DNA from: Candidatus Woesearchaeota archaeon
GTDB lineage: Archaea > Nanobdellota > Nanobdellia > Woesearchaeales > JACQSR01
Length of the DNA: 64,000 nucleotides
Direction of reading: 5' to 3'
Assembly: GCA_016211215.1 (NCBI GenBank)
Contig: JACQSR010000014.1
Location: forward strand, 14,980-78,979
Notes under the pieces: generated by a model
What the model saw: only the letters and a program-made list of their open reading frames with translations
What the model was told of the DNA's origin: nothing
The model's database searches: none
Position numbers and translations under genes: made by a program
Shown: positions 29,343 through 39,025 of the stretch, one piece after another
How positions within the stretch are numbered: position 1 is the first letter of the stretch
Layout of the letters: every line of letters begins with the position of its first letter

Positions 29343-30656
29343 ATGGCCTATGATATCATAATAGGGAGAACCCAGGCAGATGCAAACAGGCTGGGAAAAA
29401 GGGGAACCATACTTCTCGGAAGGCAGTACGTGCAGATGGGCCAGACATCATCGCTTTCAAACGACATAATGATGGACGTTACAAGGAGCCATGTTGTTTT
29501 TGTCTGCGGAAAGCGGGGAAGCGGAAAATCTTATACTTTGGGCGTAATTGCGGAAGGGATGGCGAATCTCGAGCCGGATGTGAGCAAGAACCTTGCAGTA
29601 ATAATCCTTGACACTATGGGGATATTCTGGACGATGAGATATGCAAACCTTGCCGAGGCTGACCTTCTGAAGGAATGGGGCATGGAGGGAAAAAGCCTGC
29701 AGGTTGCAATTTTCACGCCAGAGGGAAGCTTCAAGAGCTACAAAGACCGCGGCATTCCAACTGATTTTCCATTCTCGATAAAATCGAATGAGCTAAGCGC
29801 GGTTGACTGGTGCAGGACTTTGGGAGTAAACATCAATGACCCAATAGGCGTTCTGATAGACAGGGCAGTTGAATTCCTTGTTGACAAGGGCGGTGATTTC
29901 GGAATAGATGATATAATAGGGTTTGCGGAGAAAGATGAATTCTCGGAAAAGCACGAGAAAAACGCGGTGATAAACAAGCTTGCAGCTGCAAAGAAGTGGG
30001 GATTGTTCAGCGACAAGGGAACCTCTATACAGAGCCTCGTTAAAGGGGGGCAGGTAACTGTGCTGGACTTGAGCTGCTATGCAATGACGCCCGGTGCAGA
30101 AGGATTAAGGGCGCTTGCCATTGGGCTTATCTCGCAGAAGCTTTTTGTGTCGAGGATGGTTGCAAGAAAGGCGGAGGAAATTGCATCCATTGAAAAAAAT
30201 GTGCATTACGTCGAGGAGGAACTTCCATCTTCGGTTGAGGAGCCTTTGGTGTGGCTGCTTATAGACGAGGCCCACGAATTTCTTCCGAACAGGGGGGAGA
30301 CTGCAGCTTCCAATGCGCTGATAACAATACTGAGAGAGGGAAGGCAGCCCGGAATTTCCCTCGTGCTTGCGTCACAGCAGCCGGGCAAGATACATTCGGA
30401 CGTCATGACGCAGGCCGATATTGTGATTTCGCACAGGATAACCGCAAAGATGGATGTTGATGCGTTGGGAACTTTGATGCAGAGCTATATGAGGGAAGGT
30501 CTTGACAAGCAGATTAACATACTGCCGAAGGTAAGGGGGGCTGCGGTGATATTCGACGACACCAATGAGAGAATGCATTCTATGCGTATAAGGCCAAGGC
30601 TGACATGGCACGGCGGGGAAGCACCTGACGCCATGGGGAATAAAGTTGAGCTGTAG
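29343..30656 (+). CDS. HerA/DUF87-like P-loop ATPase
   Basis: GKRGSGKS, LIDEAHEF, REGRQPG, ASQQP. Confidence 0.88.
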   Translation: MAYDIIIGRTQADANRLGKRGTILLGRQYVQMGQTSSLSNDIMMDVTRSHVVFVCGKRGSGKSYTLGVIAEGMANLEPDVSKNLAVIILDTMGIFWTMRYANLAEADLLKEWGMEGKSLQVAIFTPEGSFKSYKDRGIPTDFPFSIKSNELSAVDWCRTLGVNINDPIGVLIDRAVEFLVDKGGDFGIDDIIGFAEKDEFSEKHEKNAVINKLAAAKKWGLFSDKGTSIQSLVKGGQVTVLDLSCYAMTPGAEGLRALAIGLISQKLFVSRMVARKAEEIASIEKNVHYVEEELPSSVEEPLVWLLIDEAHEFLPNRGETAASNALITILREGRQPGISLVLASQQPGKIHSDVMTQADIVISHRITAKMDVDALGTLMQSYMREGLDKQINILPKVRGAAVIFDDTNERMHSMRIRPRLTWHGGEAPDAMGNKVEL

Positions 30657-30820
30657 GGCTCTGTCCTGAATCTCGCTTACGCTCGCCTTTAGCAGCTTCT
30701 CGCTTGATATCCTACTCGCCATTGCTGACATTCTCCGAAGGAGCCAACCCTCTTGTCAGCTATGTGCAGAAAGAAAAGAAGCTCGACTTTAGGCTGCTAA
30801 AGGACTTTCAGGACAGAGCC
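30657..30820. mobile_element. MITE-like structured repeat family B, copy 3
   Basis: TIR GGCTCTGTCCTGAA/TTCAGGACAGAGCC; 9-bp flanks GAGCTGTAG/GAGTTGTAG. Confidence 0.82.
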
Positions 30821-30865
30821 GAGTTGTAGGAAAAGAATTTAAACATAGTTCCATTACCCTGTTGC

Positions 30866-31156
30866 ATGCCTTTCAGCAAGAGTTTTCCGCGGGCAGTTAA
30901 GGGTAGCATGTACCCGAAATGGGAAGATGTAGCTCTAACCGAAGAAGAGGAAAGAGAGGTTGAAAAGCTCTGCAGGGTGGAAAACATAAGGCTGATGAAG
31001 GAGTGCATCGAGGATGCAAAGCACATCATTGACGCGATGGAGCTGAAAAGGTTCCAGACAAACCTGGTTGAAGTCGGAATTGCGCTTTTTGAAAAGAGGG
31101 CTTCGCATTCAGTTTACTGGAAAGAAAACAGGGCGAAGGATAAATTTTCCAAGTGA
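30866..31156 (+). CDS. hypothetical protein
   Basis: 96-aa ORF, ATG about 25 nt after TTTAAA box. Confidence 0.7.
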   Translation: MPFSKSFPRAVKGSMYPKWEDVALTEEEEREVEKLCRVENIRLMKECIEDAKHIIDAMELKRFQTNLVEVGIALFEKRASHSVYWKENRAKDKFSK

Positions 31157-31357
31157 CTATTTCTTAATAAAGCCCGTAGGAGCATATGTCATGGAAATCA
31201 TTGATGCTATTACCATAACCACGAATGTAACCGTGAATGCCATGCCCCACGGCAACGGAAGTCTGCCGGAATTGGTAAGTATTATGGAAATCACCGCCCC
31301 AAGAAGCCCTGCGAGCATAAACGTACCCGACAACGGCACGATATTCTTCAGTTCCAT
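31157..31357 (-). CDS. small two-TM membrane protein
   Basis: PLSGTFMLAG...WGMAF...ASMISMTYAP; TATA upstream. Confidence 0.7.
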   Translation of the reverse strand: MELKNIVPLSGTFMLAGLLGAVISIILTNSGRLPLPWGMAFTVTFVVMVIASMISMTYAPTGFIKK

Positions 31358-31455
31358 ATCGGATTTTCAGGCATAGAAGTATTTAAAGATTGCTGATTTC
31401 GGTGGCTAAGGACAAAAGACCTGAAAAAGCGCCTATAGTCTCAACTGAACCCTCC

Positions 31456-31686
31456 TTATTTTTTCTCTTTTTTAATAAGGTGGATAATTACTAGAAGAAA
31501 AGCGGCATAAAATGCAAACAGCATGAACATTCCGACGTTTATGAATATAGCATAAATGCTTGAAAGCCAAGCATATTTTTCCTGGAGAGCCGAGTAATCC
31601 GCTATTGTAATGACAGCCGCGATAAATGAGAATGCGACAACAAAAATCATCAAGGTTCTTGCCCAAAGAAGATACTTCGACGCCAT
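31456..31686 (-). CDS. small two-TM membrane protein
   Basis: Two hydrophobic segments and basic tail. Confidence 0.6.
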   Translation of the reverse strand: MASKYLLWARTLMIFVVAFSFIAAVITIADYSALQEKYAWLSSIYAIFINVGMFMLFAFYAAFLLVIIHLIKKEKK

Positions 31687-31727
31687 TAAGTGATTTTCCT
31701 TACTGGACTTTAAAAAACTTTTGTTTC

Positions 31728-32807
31728 CTAACCCAACACAATCTGCTCCGCAACCTTCCTCTTCTTTTCTACACTTTCCTGGTGCTTTGAAAGAGTTTCA
31801 GTCAGGAAATCCCTGCAGATTGCCTTCAATTCTCCTGTAAGCATCCTTCCTGATTTGTAGTCATTGTAAACTGATTTTACAAGCGCGTCATCAGGATGGT
31901 GGAACTTCAATATCTCAAAGGTTTTGTCTACATCTGGATTTCCGCCGAGCTTTCTGTGCTCCTCAAGAGTATCCCTGCCGCCTGAAAATGCCCTGTTGAC
32001 CTTTCTTTTTATGTCATCTGCGGAATCGTCAAGGAAAATAGCAGTATCGGGCTCCGAAGATGACATTTTCTTGCCCTGCTGAAGCCCTGACTGGTGCCTG
32101 AAGTAAATGAACGACGGCGTTTCAATGCTGTAAGGAAGCCTTTTTGCAACATCCCTCGTAATCTTCGCATGCGGGTCCTGCTCCAGCCCGATTCCGGTGA
32201 CAGAAGGCATCTTTCCCCCATACTCCTTGAGCTGCGGATGCAATATGTCTGCAATCTGAAGCAACACTGCAGAAATTTTTCCCAAATCAGTATGCCCGTA
32301 AATTGCCCTGTAAGTGCTTTCAGTTATTTTTTTTGAGATTTCAAATGCAAATTCATAGTACCTTGGCTCCTTGTTTGACTGCAGATAAATATCCTCCTTT
32401 TCCAGGCCAAATGCAAGCAGATGCGCCAGGTTGCCAGCCGCAATTTTCTTTGCGTCTGCCATGGTTTCTATCCTGGGTCTTGATACGTAAGCGTCTATGT
32501 CGGAGACTGCAAAATAATTTTTGGCTCCCTTTGACTTGAAAAACAGGAAAAGGTCTATGTCCACCTTGTGGCCCAGATGAAGCCTTCCGGAAGTTGCAAT
32601 TCCGGTCATGTTGATGAATGGCTTCTTTGCCTCCATGCGCTGAAGAATCTTACCAAAATCACGGTGCGCGACAACAATTCCACGCCTGAATAAATGGTGG
32701 CCGAGCTTCTTGCGCCACGCATCCGGAATCTTTTCCATTCCAAACTCCGAGAAGATGTGCTCGTAATCCTCGATTTCAACAGAAGACCAGGGGTCTATAT
32801 GCGCCAT
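31728..32807 (-). CDS. trpS: tryptophanyl-tRNA synthetase (archaeal type)
   Basis: IDPW N-terminus, HLGH, QIADILHPQ, GLEQDPH, KMSSS, AFSGGR. Confidence 0.93.
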   Translation of the reverse strand: MAHIDPWSSVEIEDYEHIFSEFGMEKIPDAWRKKLGHHLFRRGIVVAHRDFGKILQRMEAKKPFINMTGIATSGRLHLGHKVDIDLFLFFKSKGAKNYFAVSDIDAYVSRPRIETMADAKKIAAGNLAHLLAFGLEKEDIYLQSNKEPRYYEFAFEISKKITESTYRAIYGHTDLGKISAVLLQIADILHPQLKEYGGKMPSVTGIGLEQDPHAKITRDVAKRLPYSIETPSFIYFRHQSGLQQGKKMSSSEPDTAIFLDDSADDIKRKVNRAFSGGRDTLEEHRKLGGNPDVDKTFEILKFHHPDDALVKSVYNDYKSGRMLTGELKAICRDFLTETLSKHQESVEKKRKVAEQIVLG

Positions 32808-32835
32808 AATGCGGTTTTCCAAACAGGCTTTTTAT

Positions 32836-33477
32836 TTATTTACATTCCTTGAGCAGTGAAACTGCCTTTTTAGGGTTTCCTGAATCAAATATGAATGAAC
32901 CGGATACGATAACATTGGCTCCGGACTTTACTGCAAGCCTTGCGGTTTCATCGTTAATGCCGCCGTCAATTTCTATGTCCAGTTTTGGCTTAAGCTTCCT
33001 CAATTCCGCAACTTTTTCCAGGACTTCCGGCATGAATTTCTGCCTCGGCCAGCCCGGCTCAACAGACATTACCAAAACCATGCCAACCATGTCGAGGTAT
33101 GGCAGAATTGCCGACAATGGTGTTTTTGGCTTTAGGGAGATTGCAGGAGATGCGCCTTTTTTCCTGATGTAGGCAAGGGTTTTCCTCACGTCAGTGCAGG
33201 CCTCAACATGAACGGTTATGCTTTTTGCCCCTGCGCCAATGTAATCATCAATTAATTGCATGGGCTCCTCGACCATGAGGTGGACGTCTTTTGGAAGCCT
33301 TGTCTTAACCATCCTGGTTTCCTTTGGACCTATGGTGGTTGGAGGCACAAATTTTCCGTCCATTATATCAAAATGGATGTAATCTGCGCAGTCCTCTATA
33401 GACTTTACCCCGGCTTCGACTTTCTCCACTCCGTCCCTGAACAGGGTAAGAATTGAGACAGATACCTTTGTTTTCAT
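32836..33477 (-). CDS. rpe: ribulose-phosphate 3-epimerase
   Basis: HFDIMDGKFVP, DVHLMV, MSVEPG, IDGGIN. Confidence 0.95.
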   Translation of the reverse strand: MKTKVSVSILTLFRDGVEKVEAGVKSIEDCADYIHFDIMDGKFVPPTTIGPKETRMVKTRLPKDVHLMVEEPMQLIDDYIGAGAKSITVHVEACTDVRKTLAYIRKKGASPAISLKPKTPLSAILPYLDMVGMVLVMSVEPGWPRQKFMPEVLEKVAELRKLKPKLDIEIDGGINDETARLAVKSGANVIVSGSFIFDSGNPKKAVSLLKECK

Positions 33478-33492
33478 GGCGGGGGTTTGTAA

Positions 33493-34089
33493 TTGTATCT
33501 ATTTAAAGATTGGTATAGATACTCCACTACAACATTTTTTATAAAGCAAATACAATTTCCTAACCAAATGGAAGAGTATTACGCAAAAACATTGGCGGAT
33601 TGCCTTGTGGGGCATGAACTTGGAAGACATTTCAACAGATTTTACGGGGATTTTTTCGGGGCTTTAAGCACCACAAACATCCCCTTTTGCCCTTCAGGGA
33701 TTAATGTGGGGGTGGGCATGAAAACGGGTCCTATCGAGCATTGTGACTCAGAATATTCTATCTCCATCGGAAGGATTTTTACAATATCGCAGAGGGGAAA
33801 CGGATCAAATCGCCGGTATGAGGTATTTCATGATATCTTCTCCATTCTTGGGGTTTATTCATCGGACAATATGGTAAACCTTGCCCAAAGCGATAGGGAT
33901 ATCTCAGCGATAATGCAGAAAAGCCATGTCCCTTATTACCTCCTTTGCCAGTTTAGGGAGTTTGACGCTACGAATTCAAAGGCAGCAAAAACGCCGCTGG
34001 TTATAATTGCAAATACTCTGCCAGAAGACGCCGAAAAGCTGAGGAAATGGGAGAAATCGCATAGGATAAGAGATATCCTAAGTAGCTGA
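33493..34089 (+). CDS. hypothetical protein
   Basis: ORF; true start probably ATG ~33568. Confidence 0.5.
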   Translation: MYLFKDWYRYSTTTFFIKQIQFPNQMEEYYAKTLADCLVGHELGRHFNRFYGDFFGALSTTNIPFCPSGINVGVGMKTGPIEHCDSEYSISIGRIFTISQRGNGSNRRYEVFHDIFSILGVYSSDNMVNLAQSDRDISAIMQKSHVPYYLLCQFREFDATNSKAAKTPLVIIANTLPEDAEKLRKWEKSHRIRDILSS

Positions 34090-34863
34090 CTTCATCTTCC
34101 TTACGTAAGAAGAAATCCTGCTGAGAATTCTTTTCTTGCTGCCAAGATTCTTTTCGATTATTTTCACAATTGCACTCCCGACTATTACTCCGCTAGCGCC
34201 CCCTGAGAGGATTGCCTTGACGTGCTCCGGCTTTGAGATTCCGAATCCAACTGCCAATGGGAGTTTTGTTTTTGGCTTTACAAATTTAAGCAGCCTGTAT
34301 ACAGCGGGGTTTATTCTGTGCCTTGCGCCAGTAACGCCCAGCAATGAAACAACGTAGATGAATCCCCTGGCGTGCCTGAGGATTTTTTTCAGCCTGTTTG
34401 CAGTTGTGGTGGGGGAAACTATAAAGATGGGGGATATTTTTGCCTTCCTTGCAGCCTTTACAGCGTCTCCTGCCTCCTCAATCGGTAGGTCTGCAACAAG
34501 AATGCCGTCAACTCCTGCATTTTTCGCATCACGGTAAAATTTCTCAATTCCGCGCTGATAAATTAGATTGTAGTATATCAGAAGCCCTATTGGAATTTCA
34601 TTGCTGTATTTTCTTATTCGCTTAATGACTCCAAAGATTTCATCGAGATTGGTGCGCCTTTTCAGCACCCTGTCATCTGCCTTTTGGATTGTTGTACCAT
34701 CTGCAATAGGGTCAGTGAAGGCGATACCCAACTCCAATGCATCAGCCCCGGAATCTATCATAGTCCTGATTATCTGTTCCGATGTTTTTAAGTCCGGGTC
34801 TCCGACTACCGTAAACGGGATAAACGCCTTTTTCTTTGAAAATGCTTTTTTGTAGCGGTCCAT
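34078..34863 (-). CDS. trpA: tryptophan synthase alpha chain
   Basis: ELGIAFTDPIADG, GVTGAR, VGFGIS. Confidence 0.97.
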   Translation of the reverse strand: MDRYKKAFSKKKAFIPFTVVGDPDLKTSEQIIRTMIDSGADALELGIAFTDPIADGTTIQKADDRVLKRRTNLDEIFGVIKRIRKYSNEIPIGLLIYYNLIYQRGIEKFYRDAKNAGVDGILVADLPIEEAGDAVKAARKAKISPIFIVSPTTTANRLKKILRHARGFIYVVSLLGVTGARHRINPAVYRLLKFVKPKTKLPLAVGFGISKPEHVKAILSGGASGVIVGSAIVKIIEKNLGSKKRILSRISSYVRKMKSAT

Positions 34864-34864
34864 T

Positions 34865-36043
34865 TCAACCCTTAATCCCCAGTGCATTGCACGCATGGTC
34901 CATGTCCTTGTCGCCCCTGCCGGAAAGATTTATTACCATTATGTCGCTCTTCTTCATCTTCTTTCCAAGCTTTATAGCGTAGGCAATTGCATGGGCAGAC
35001 TCCAGTGCAGGGATAATTCCCTCAACTTCCGAAAGCAGCCTGAATGCCGCCAGTGCTTCTTTGTCGGTTATGGTGGTGTACTCCGCGCGCCTGATGTCAC
35101 GCAAATGGGGATGCTCCGGACCTATACCGGGGTAATCAAGGCCTGCGGATATTGAATAGGTATCCTGAATCTGGCCTTCCTTGTTCTGTAGTACGTAAGA
35201 CAATGAACCCTGAAACACGCCCTCGCGACCTTTTGTCAGTGAAGCACCGTGATATGGTGTGTTTATCCCTTTTCCGCCCGGCTCAACACCGATTAACCTA
35301 ACTGATGCATCATTCCTGAAAGCATCAAAGATTCCCATCGCATTTGAGCCTCCGCCCACACATGCAACAACCGCATCCGGAAGCCTTCCTTCAGCCCTTA
35401 GGATTTGCCTTCTTGCTTCCTTTCCGATTATTTTCTGGAAATGCTTTACTATAGTCGGGTATGGATGAGGGCCTGCAACAGTCCCGAACACATAATAGGT
35501 TGTTTCTATGTTTGTAATCCAGTCCCGCAGAGCATCATTTATTGCCTCCTTCAAGGTTCCTGTTCCCGTCGATACGGGATTTATCTTTGCCCCGCATACA
35601 AGCATTCTAAGGACATTCATGTGCTGTCTTCTTATGTCCTCGACGCCCATGTAAATTTCAGTTGGAATCCCAAAATAAGCGCCAACCAATGCTGTTGCAA
35701 ATCCGTGCTGACCGGCGCCTGTTTCAGCTATTAATCTTTTTTTGCCCATGTACTTTGCCAACAAACCCTGCCCAAGGCCGTTGTTGGTTTTGTGCGCCCC
35801 CCCGTGGAGCAAATCCTCCCTTTTGAGATAAACCCTGCAGCCGCACACTGCCGAGAATTTTTTTGCGAAATAAAGCGGTGTTGGACGGCCGGCATAATCC
35901 TTCAGCAGTTCATTCAGCTCCCTGTTGAATTTTTTATCGTTCCTGTATTTATTGAAAGCTGCCTCCAGCTCTTCCAAAGCGGGCATCAGTGTTTCGGGAA
36001 CAAACATCCCGCCATACTTTCCAAACTTCCCTTTCGATTTCAT
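34865..36043 (-). CDS. trpB: tryptophan synthase beta chain (TrpB1 type)
   Basis: [32 protein letters not shown]. Confidence 0.98.
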   Translation of the reverse strand: MKSKGKFGKYGGMFVPETLMPALEELEAAFNKYRNDKKFNRELNELLKDYAGRPTPLYFAKKFSAVCGCRVYLKREDLLHGGAHKTNNGLGQGLLAKYMGKKRLIAETGAGQHGFATALVGAYFGIPTEIYMGVEDIRRQHMNVLRMLVCGAKINPVSTGTGTLKEAINDALRDWITNIETTYYVFGTVAGPHPYPTIVKHFQKIIGKEARRQILRAEGRLPDAVVACVGGGSNAMGIFDAFRNDASVRLIGVEPGGKGINTPYHGASLTKGREGVFQGSLSYVLQNKEGQIQDTYSISAGLDYPGIGPEHPHLRDIRRAEYTTITDKEALAAFRLLSEVEGIIPALESAHAIAYAIKLGKKMKKSDIMVINLSGRGDKDMDHACNALGIKG

Positions 36044-37425
36044 TTTGCGCTTGCGATAAACTTTTTTATTTTGCCGTGGTCCTTGATTCTTGGCTTCAGC
36101 CGAACGCCTGAATTTACATCAACTCCGAATGGCTTTACCATTTTTATAGCTTTTGCTACATTATCCGGGTTTAAGCCGCCGGCCAGAAAGACGGGGCATT
36201 TGCATTTCTTCACGATTTCACGGCTGACAGACCAGTCGTGCGTTTTTCCCGAGCCGCCGTGCTTTGAATCAAGCAGGATAATATCGCAGTAAGGCTCGTA
36301 CCCCAGGGCCTTTTTAATTGCGCCCTTTCCGGTTACCGAGATTGACTTCATGAGAATTATGTTCGGAAATTCCTTACGGAGATTTTTCAGGCCGGGAATG
36401 CTAATTTCCCCGTGGAGCTGGACAACATCCGGCGAGAGTTTAGAGCATATGCCTCTTATTTCGCCAAGGTTTTTTGTGCGCGTTACTGCAACGATTTTTC
36501 CTTTCGCATTTATTTTCGAGGTTATTCTTCCGGCTTCCCTTATTGAGAGATTATCCGGGGCATCGCTGACATTTATTATGAACCCCAGAAGGTCTGCACC
36601 AGATTTCAGGGCCGCACCTGCGTCCCTAATGCCCGAGTTGCCGCAAATTTTTACCTTTACGGACTTTGAAGTTAACTCTTTCAGTTTCGTTCTGATGCTG
36701 TCCGAGCGCATTATTGATGTTCCAATCAATACTGCCCGCACATTCTTTGGCAGCAGTGCAATGTCTATCGGGGACTCAATGCCGGATTCCGCCACCAAAA
36801 TTCTGCCTTTTGGAATTTTTTCTGCAAGCCTTGAGACTGTACGCTTGTCAGTTTCCAGGGTGTCGAGATTCCTGTTGTTTACCCCCATTATCTTTGCTTT
36901 CGACTTCAGGGCCCTGATTAACGCTTCCGGCTCATGCGCCTCCACTATTGCATCCATTCCGAGTCTTTCCGCAATGTCCAAAAACCTGTTTATTTTTTTC
37001 AGCGAAAGAATTTCTGCAATAAGGAGTATTGCATCGGCGCCATAGAACCTGGATTCATACACCTGGTATTCATCAATTATGAAATCCTTCCTGAGAACCG
37101 GCTTTTTTGATGCATTTTTTACTTTTTGGATTAGAGTTATATCGCCTCCAAAGTATTTTTTTTCCGTCAGGACTGAAATAGCCTGAATGTCTGCCCTGCC
37201 GTATTCCTCTGCGACTGCAACCGGGCTGAAGAAATGCCTGATTTTTCCCTCGGACGGAGAGGCTGATTTTATCTCTGCGATTATTGAGGGCTTTTTGGAG
37301 ATTATTGCCTTCATGAAAGAGTGGTTTGCCTTTCTTATTTTAGGGGTTAGGCTAGCCAAAGGCGCTTTTCTCTTGGATGCCTCCAATTCACGCTGCTTTA
37401 TCCTTACAATTTCATTCAAGAACAT
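36040..37425 (-). CDS. trpCF: bifunctional indole-3-glycerol-phosphate synthase / PRA isomerase
   Basis: [24 protein letters not shown], then [27 protein letters not shown]. Confidence 0.95.
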   Translation of the reverse strand: MFLNEIVRIKQRELEASKRKAPLASLTPKIRKANHSFMKAIISKKPSIIAEIKSASPSEGKIRHFFSPVAVAEEYGRADIQAISVLTEKKYFGGDITLIQKVKNASKKPVLRKDFIIDEYQVYESRFYGADAILLIAEILSLKKINRFLDIAERLGMDAIVEAHEPEALIRALKSKAKIMGVNNRNLDTLETDKRTVSRLAEKIPKGRILVAESGIESPIDIALLPKNVRAVLIGTSIMRSDSIRTKLKELTSKSVKVKICGNSGIRDAGAALKSGADLLGFIINVSDAPDNLSIREAGRITSKINAKGKIVAVTRTKNLGEIRGICSKLSPDVVQLHGEISIPGLKNLRKEFPNIILMKSISVTGKGAIKKALGYEPYCDIILLDSKHGGSGKTHDWSVSREIVKKCKCPVFLAGGLNPDNVAKAIKMVKPFGVDVNSGVRLKPRIKDHGKIKKFIASAK

Positions 37426-37429
37426 CGTG

Positions 37430-38437
37430 CTACGGCTTCCATTCCCTGAGTTTTGTCAGCACTTCAAGGGCCTTTCCGGAATCTATTGACTGCGATGCCT
37501 TCTTTACAGCGTCCTTCCAGCTGTCTGCCTTTCCTCCGGCTATAATTGCAGCTGCCGAATTCAGAATGACAACGTCGCGCTTCGGGCCTTTTTCTTTTCC
37601 CCTGAGTATGGACAATGTGATTGCAGCGTTTTCCTTTGGAGAGCCCCCCTTTATTTCAGTGAGCGAAGCAAGCTTGAACCCAAAGTCAACGGGATTTAAT
37701 TCGTAGGTCAGCACATGCCCGTCTTTGTATTCAGCAATTTTTGATTTCGCTTCAATTGTAATCTCGTCAATGCCGTTGCCGTGGACAACAAATGCGCGCT
37801 TAAGCCCAAGCTTGCCGAGGACTTCCGCCAATGGGGCAGTAAGCTTCTCGTCAAAGACTCCAACGACCTGGGCGGTTGCATTTGCAGGGTTTGTCAGGGG
37901 GCCAAGAATGTTGAAAACAGTTCTTATGCCCAGCTCCTTTCTTACCGGCATTGCATTTTTCATTGCCTCGTGGAACAACGGCGCAAACATAAAGCCAACT
38001 CCGACTTCATCGATGCATTTTTCAACATCTTTGGGCAACAGGTTTATGTTGACGCCCAGTTCGGCAAGCACGTCTGCAGAGCCGCATTTTGAGGAGACTG
38101 AGCGGTTGCCGTGCTTTGCAACGTGGATGCCGGCGCCAGCGACCACGAAAGCCGATGTTGTTGAGATGTTGAATGTGTCTGCCTTGTCGCCGCCGGTTCC
38201 GCAGGTGTCCACAAGAACCTTTGCCTTCGGGTGTATCCTTGAGGCCTTTTTTCTCATGACGGAAGCGCATGCGGTTATTTCGTCGACAGTCTCTCCTTTT
38301 ATTCGCAGAGCGACAAGAAATGCAGATATCAATGCGGGAGTTGCGAGGCCGGACATTATCTCATTCATTGAGTCTTCGGCTTCCCTGTAAGAAAGATTTT
38401 TTCCCTCGACAAGCTTCTGTATGGATTCCTGAATCAT
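37430..38437 (-). CDS. trpD: anthranilate phosphoribosyltransferase
   Basis: DTCGTGGD, FNIST, KHGNRSVSSKCGSAD. Confidence 0.98.
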   Translation of the reverse strand: MIQESIQKLVEGKNLSYREAEDSMNEIMSGLATPALISAFLVALRIKGETVDEITACASVMRKKASRIHPKAKVLVDTCGTGGDKADTFNISTTSAFVVAGAGIHVAKHGNRSVSSKCGSADVLAELGVNINLLPKDVEKCIDEVGVGFMFAPLFHEAMKNAMPVRKELGIRTVFNILGPLTNPANATAQVVGVFDEKLTAPLAEVLGKLGLKRAFVVHGNGIDEITIEAKSKIAEYKDGHVLTYELNPVDFGFKLASLTEIKGGSPKENAAITLSILRGKEKGPKRDVVILNSAAAIIAGGKADSWKDAVKKASQSIDSGKALEVLTKLREWKP

Positions 38438-39006
38438 CTTTTTCTCATCATGTTCTCTATGATTTTCCCCCCTAAAGGCGTGAGAACTGACTCAGGATGG
38501 AACTGCACGCCTTCCAGCGGGAATTCCTTGTGGCGCACCGCCATTACGACATTTGATTCTGAACGGGCTGAAATCTCAAGACAATAGGGAACTTCGACTC
38601 CTGCAAGGCTATGATAGCGCCCGGCCTTGAAATTATTGGGTATGCCCGCAAAGATTGTTTTTCCGTCGTGGTGTATAACAGAAGGTTTCCCGTGGACTAT
38701 CTCGTGCGCCCTTGCAACCTTGCCGCCCATTGCTTCTATTATGCACTGATGGCCGAGGCATATCCCCATGATTGGGATTTGCTGATAGTATGCTTTTATC
38801 AATGGGATGCATATTCCTGCATTTGCTGGATTCGATGGACCTGGCGAAAGCACTATTAATCTTGGCTTGAACTGCTTTATGACCTGCTCCATAGTCTTCA
38901 TATCAGTGTTGTTCCTGTAAACAAGGACTTCGCATCCGCGCTTTTCGAATTCATCCACTAAATTATAGGTGAACGAATCAAAGTTGTCGATGAGGAGTAT
39001 GTTCAT
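38434..39006 (-). CDS. trpG: anthranilate synthase component II
   Basis: IDNFDSFTYNL, SPGP, GICLGHQ, QFHPES. Confidence 0.97.
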   Translation of the reverse strand: MNILLIDNFDSFTYNLVDEFEKRGCEVLVYRNNTDMKTMEQVIKQFKPRLIVLSPGPSNPANAGICIPLIKAYYQQIPIMGICLGHQCIIEAMGGKVARAHEIVHGKPSVIHHDGKTIFAGIPNNFKAGRYHSLAGVEVPYCLEISARSESNVVMAVRHKEFPLEGVQFHPESVLTPLGGKIIENMMRKR

Positions 39007-39025
39007 TGGAAATCACCCAAAATTT

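Noticed and set aside
13568-30820. Family B repeats as integron attC sites or CRISPR repeats
   Set aside because: GTTAGC precedes GCTAAC, the reverse of attC order. Copies are dispersed, have TIRs and TSD-like flanks, and there is no spacer array, cas gene or integrase in the window.
32807-32836. T-box or attenuator before trpS
   Set aside because: Fewer than 30 nt separate it from rpe; no leader structure.
36350-38390. Long antisense ORFs (36350..37045, 37725..38390; also 24896..25657, 25641..26381, 49677..50318)
   Set aside because: They are shadows of conserved genes on the opposite strand and have no motifs of their own.
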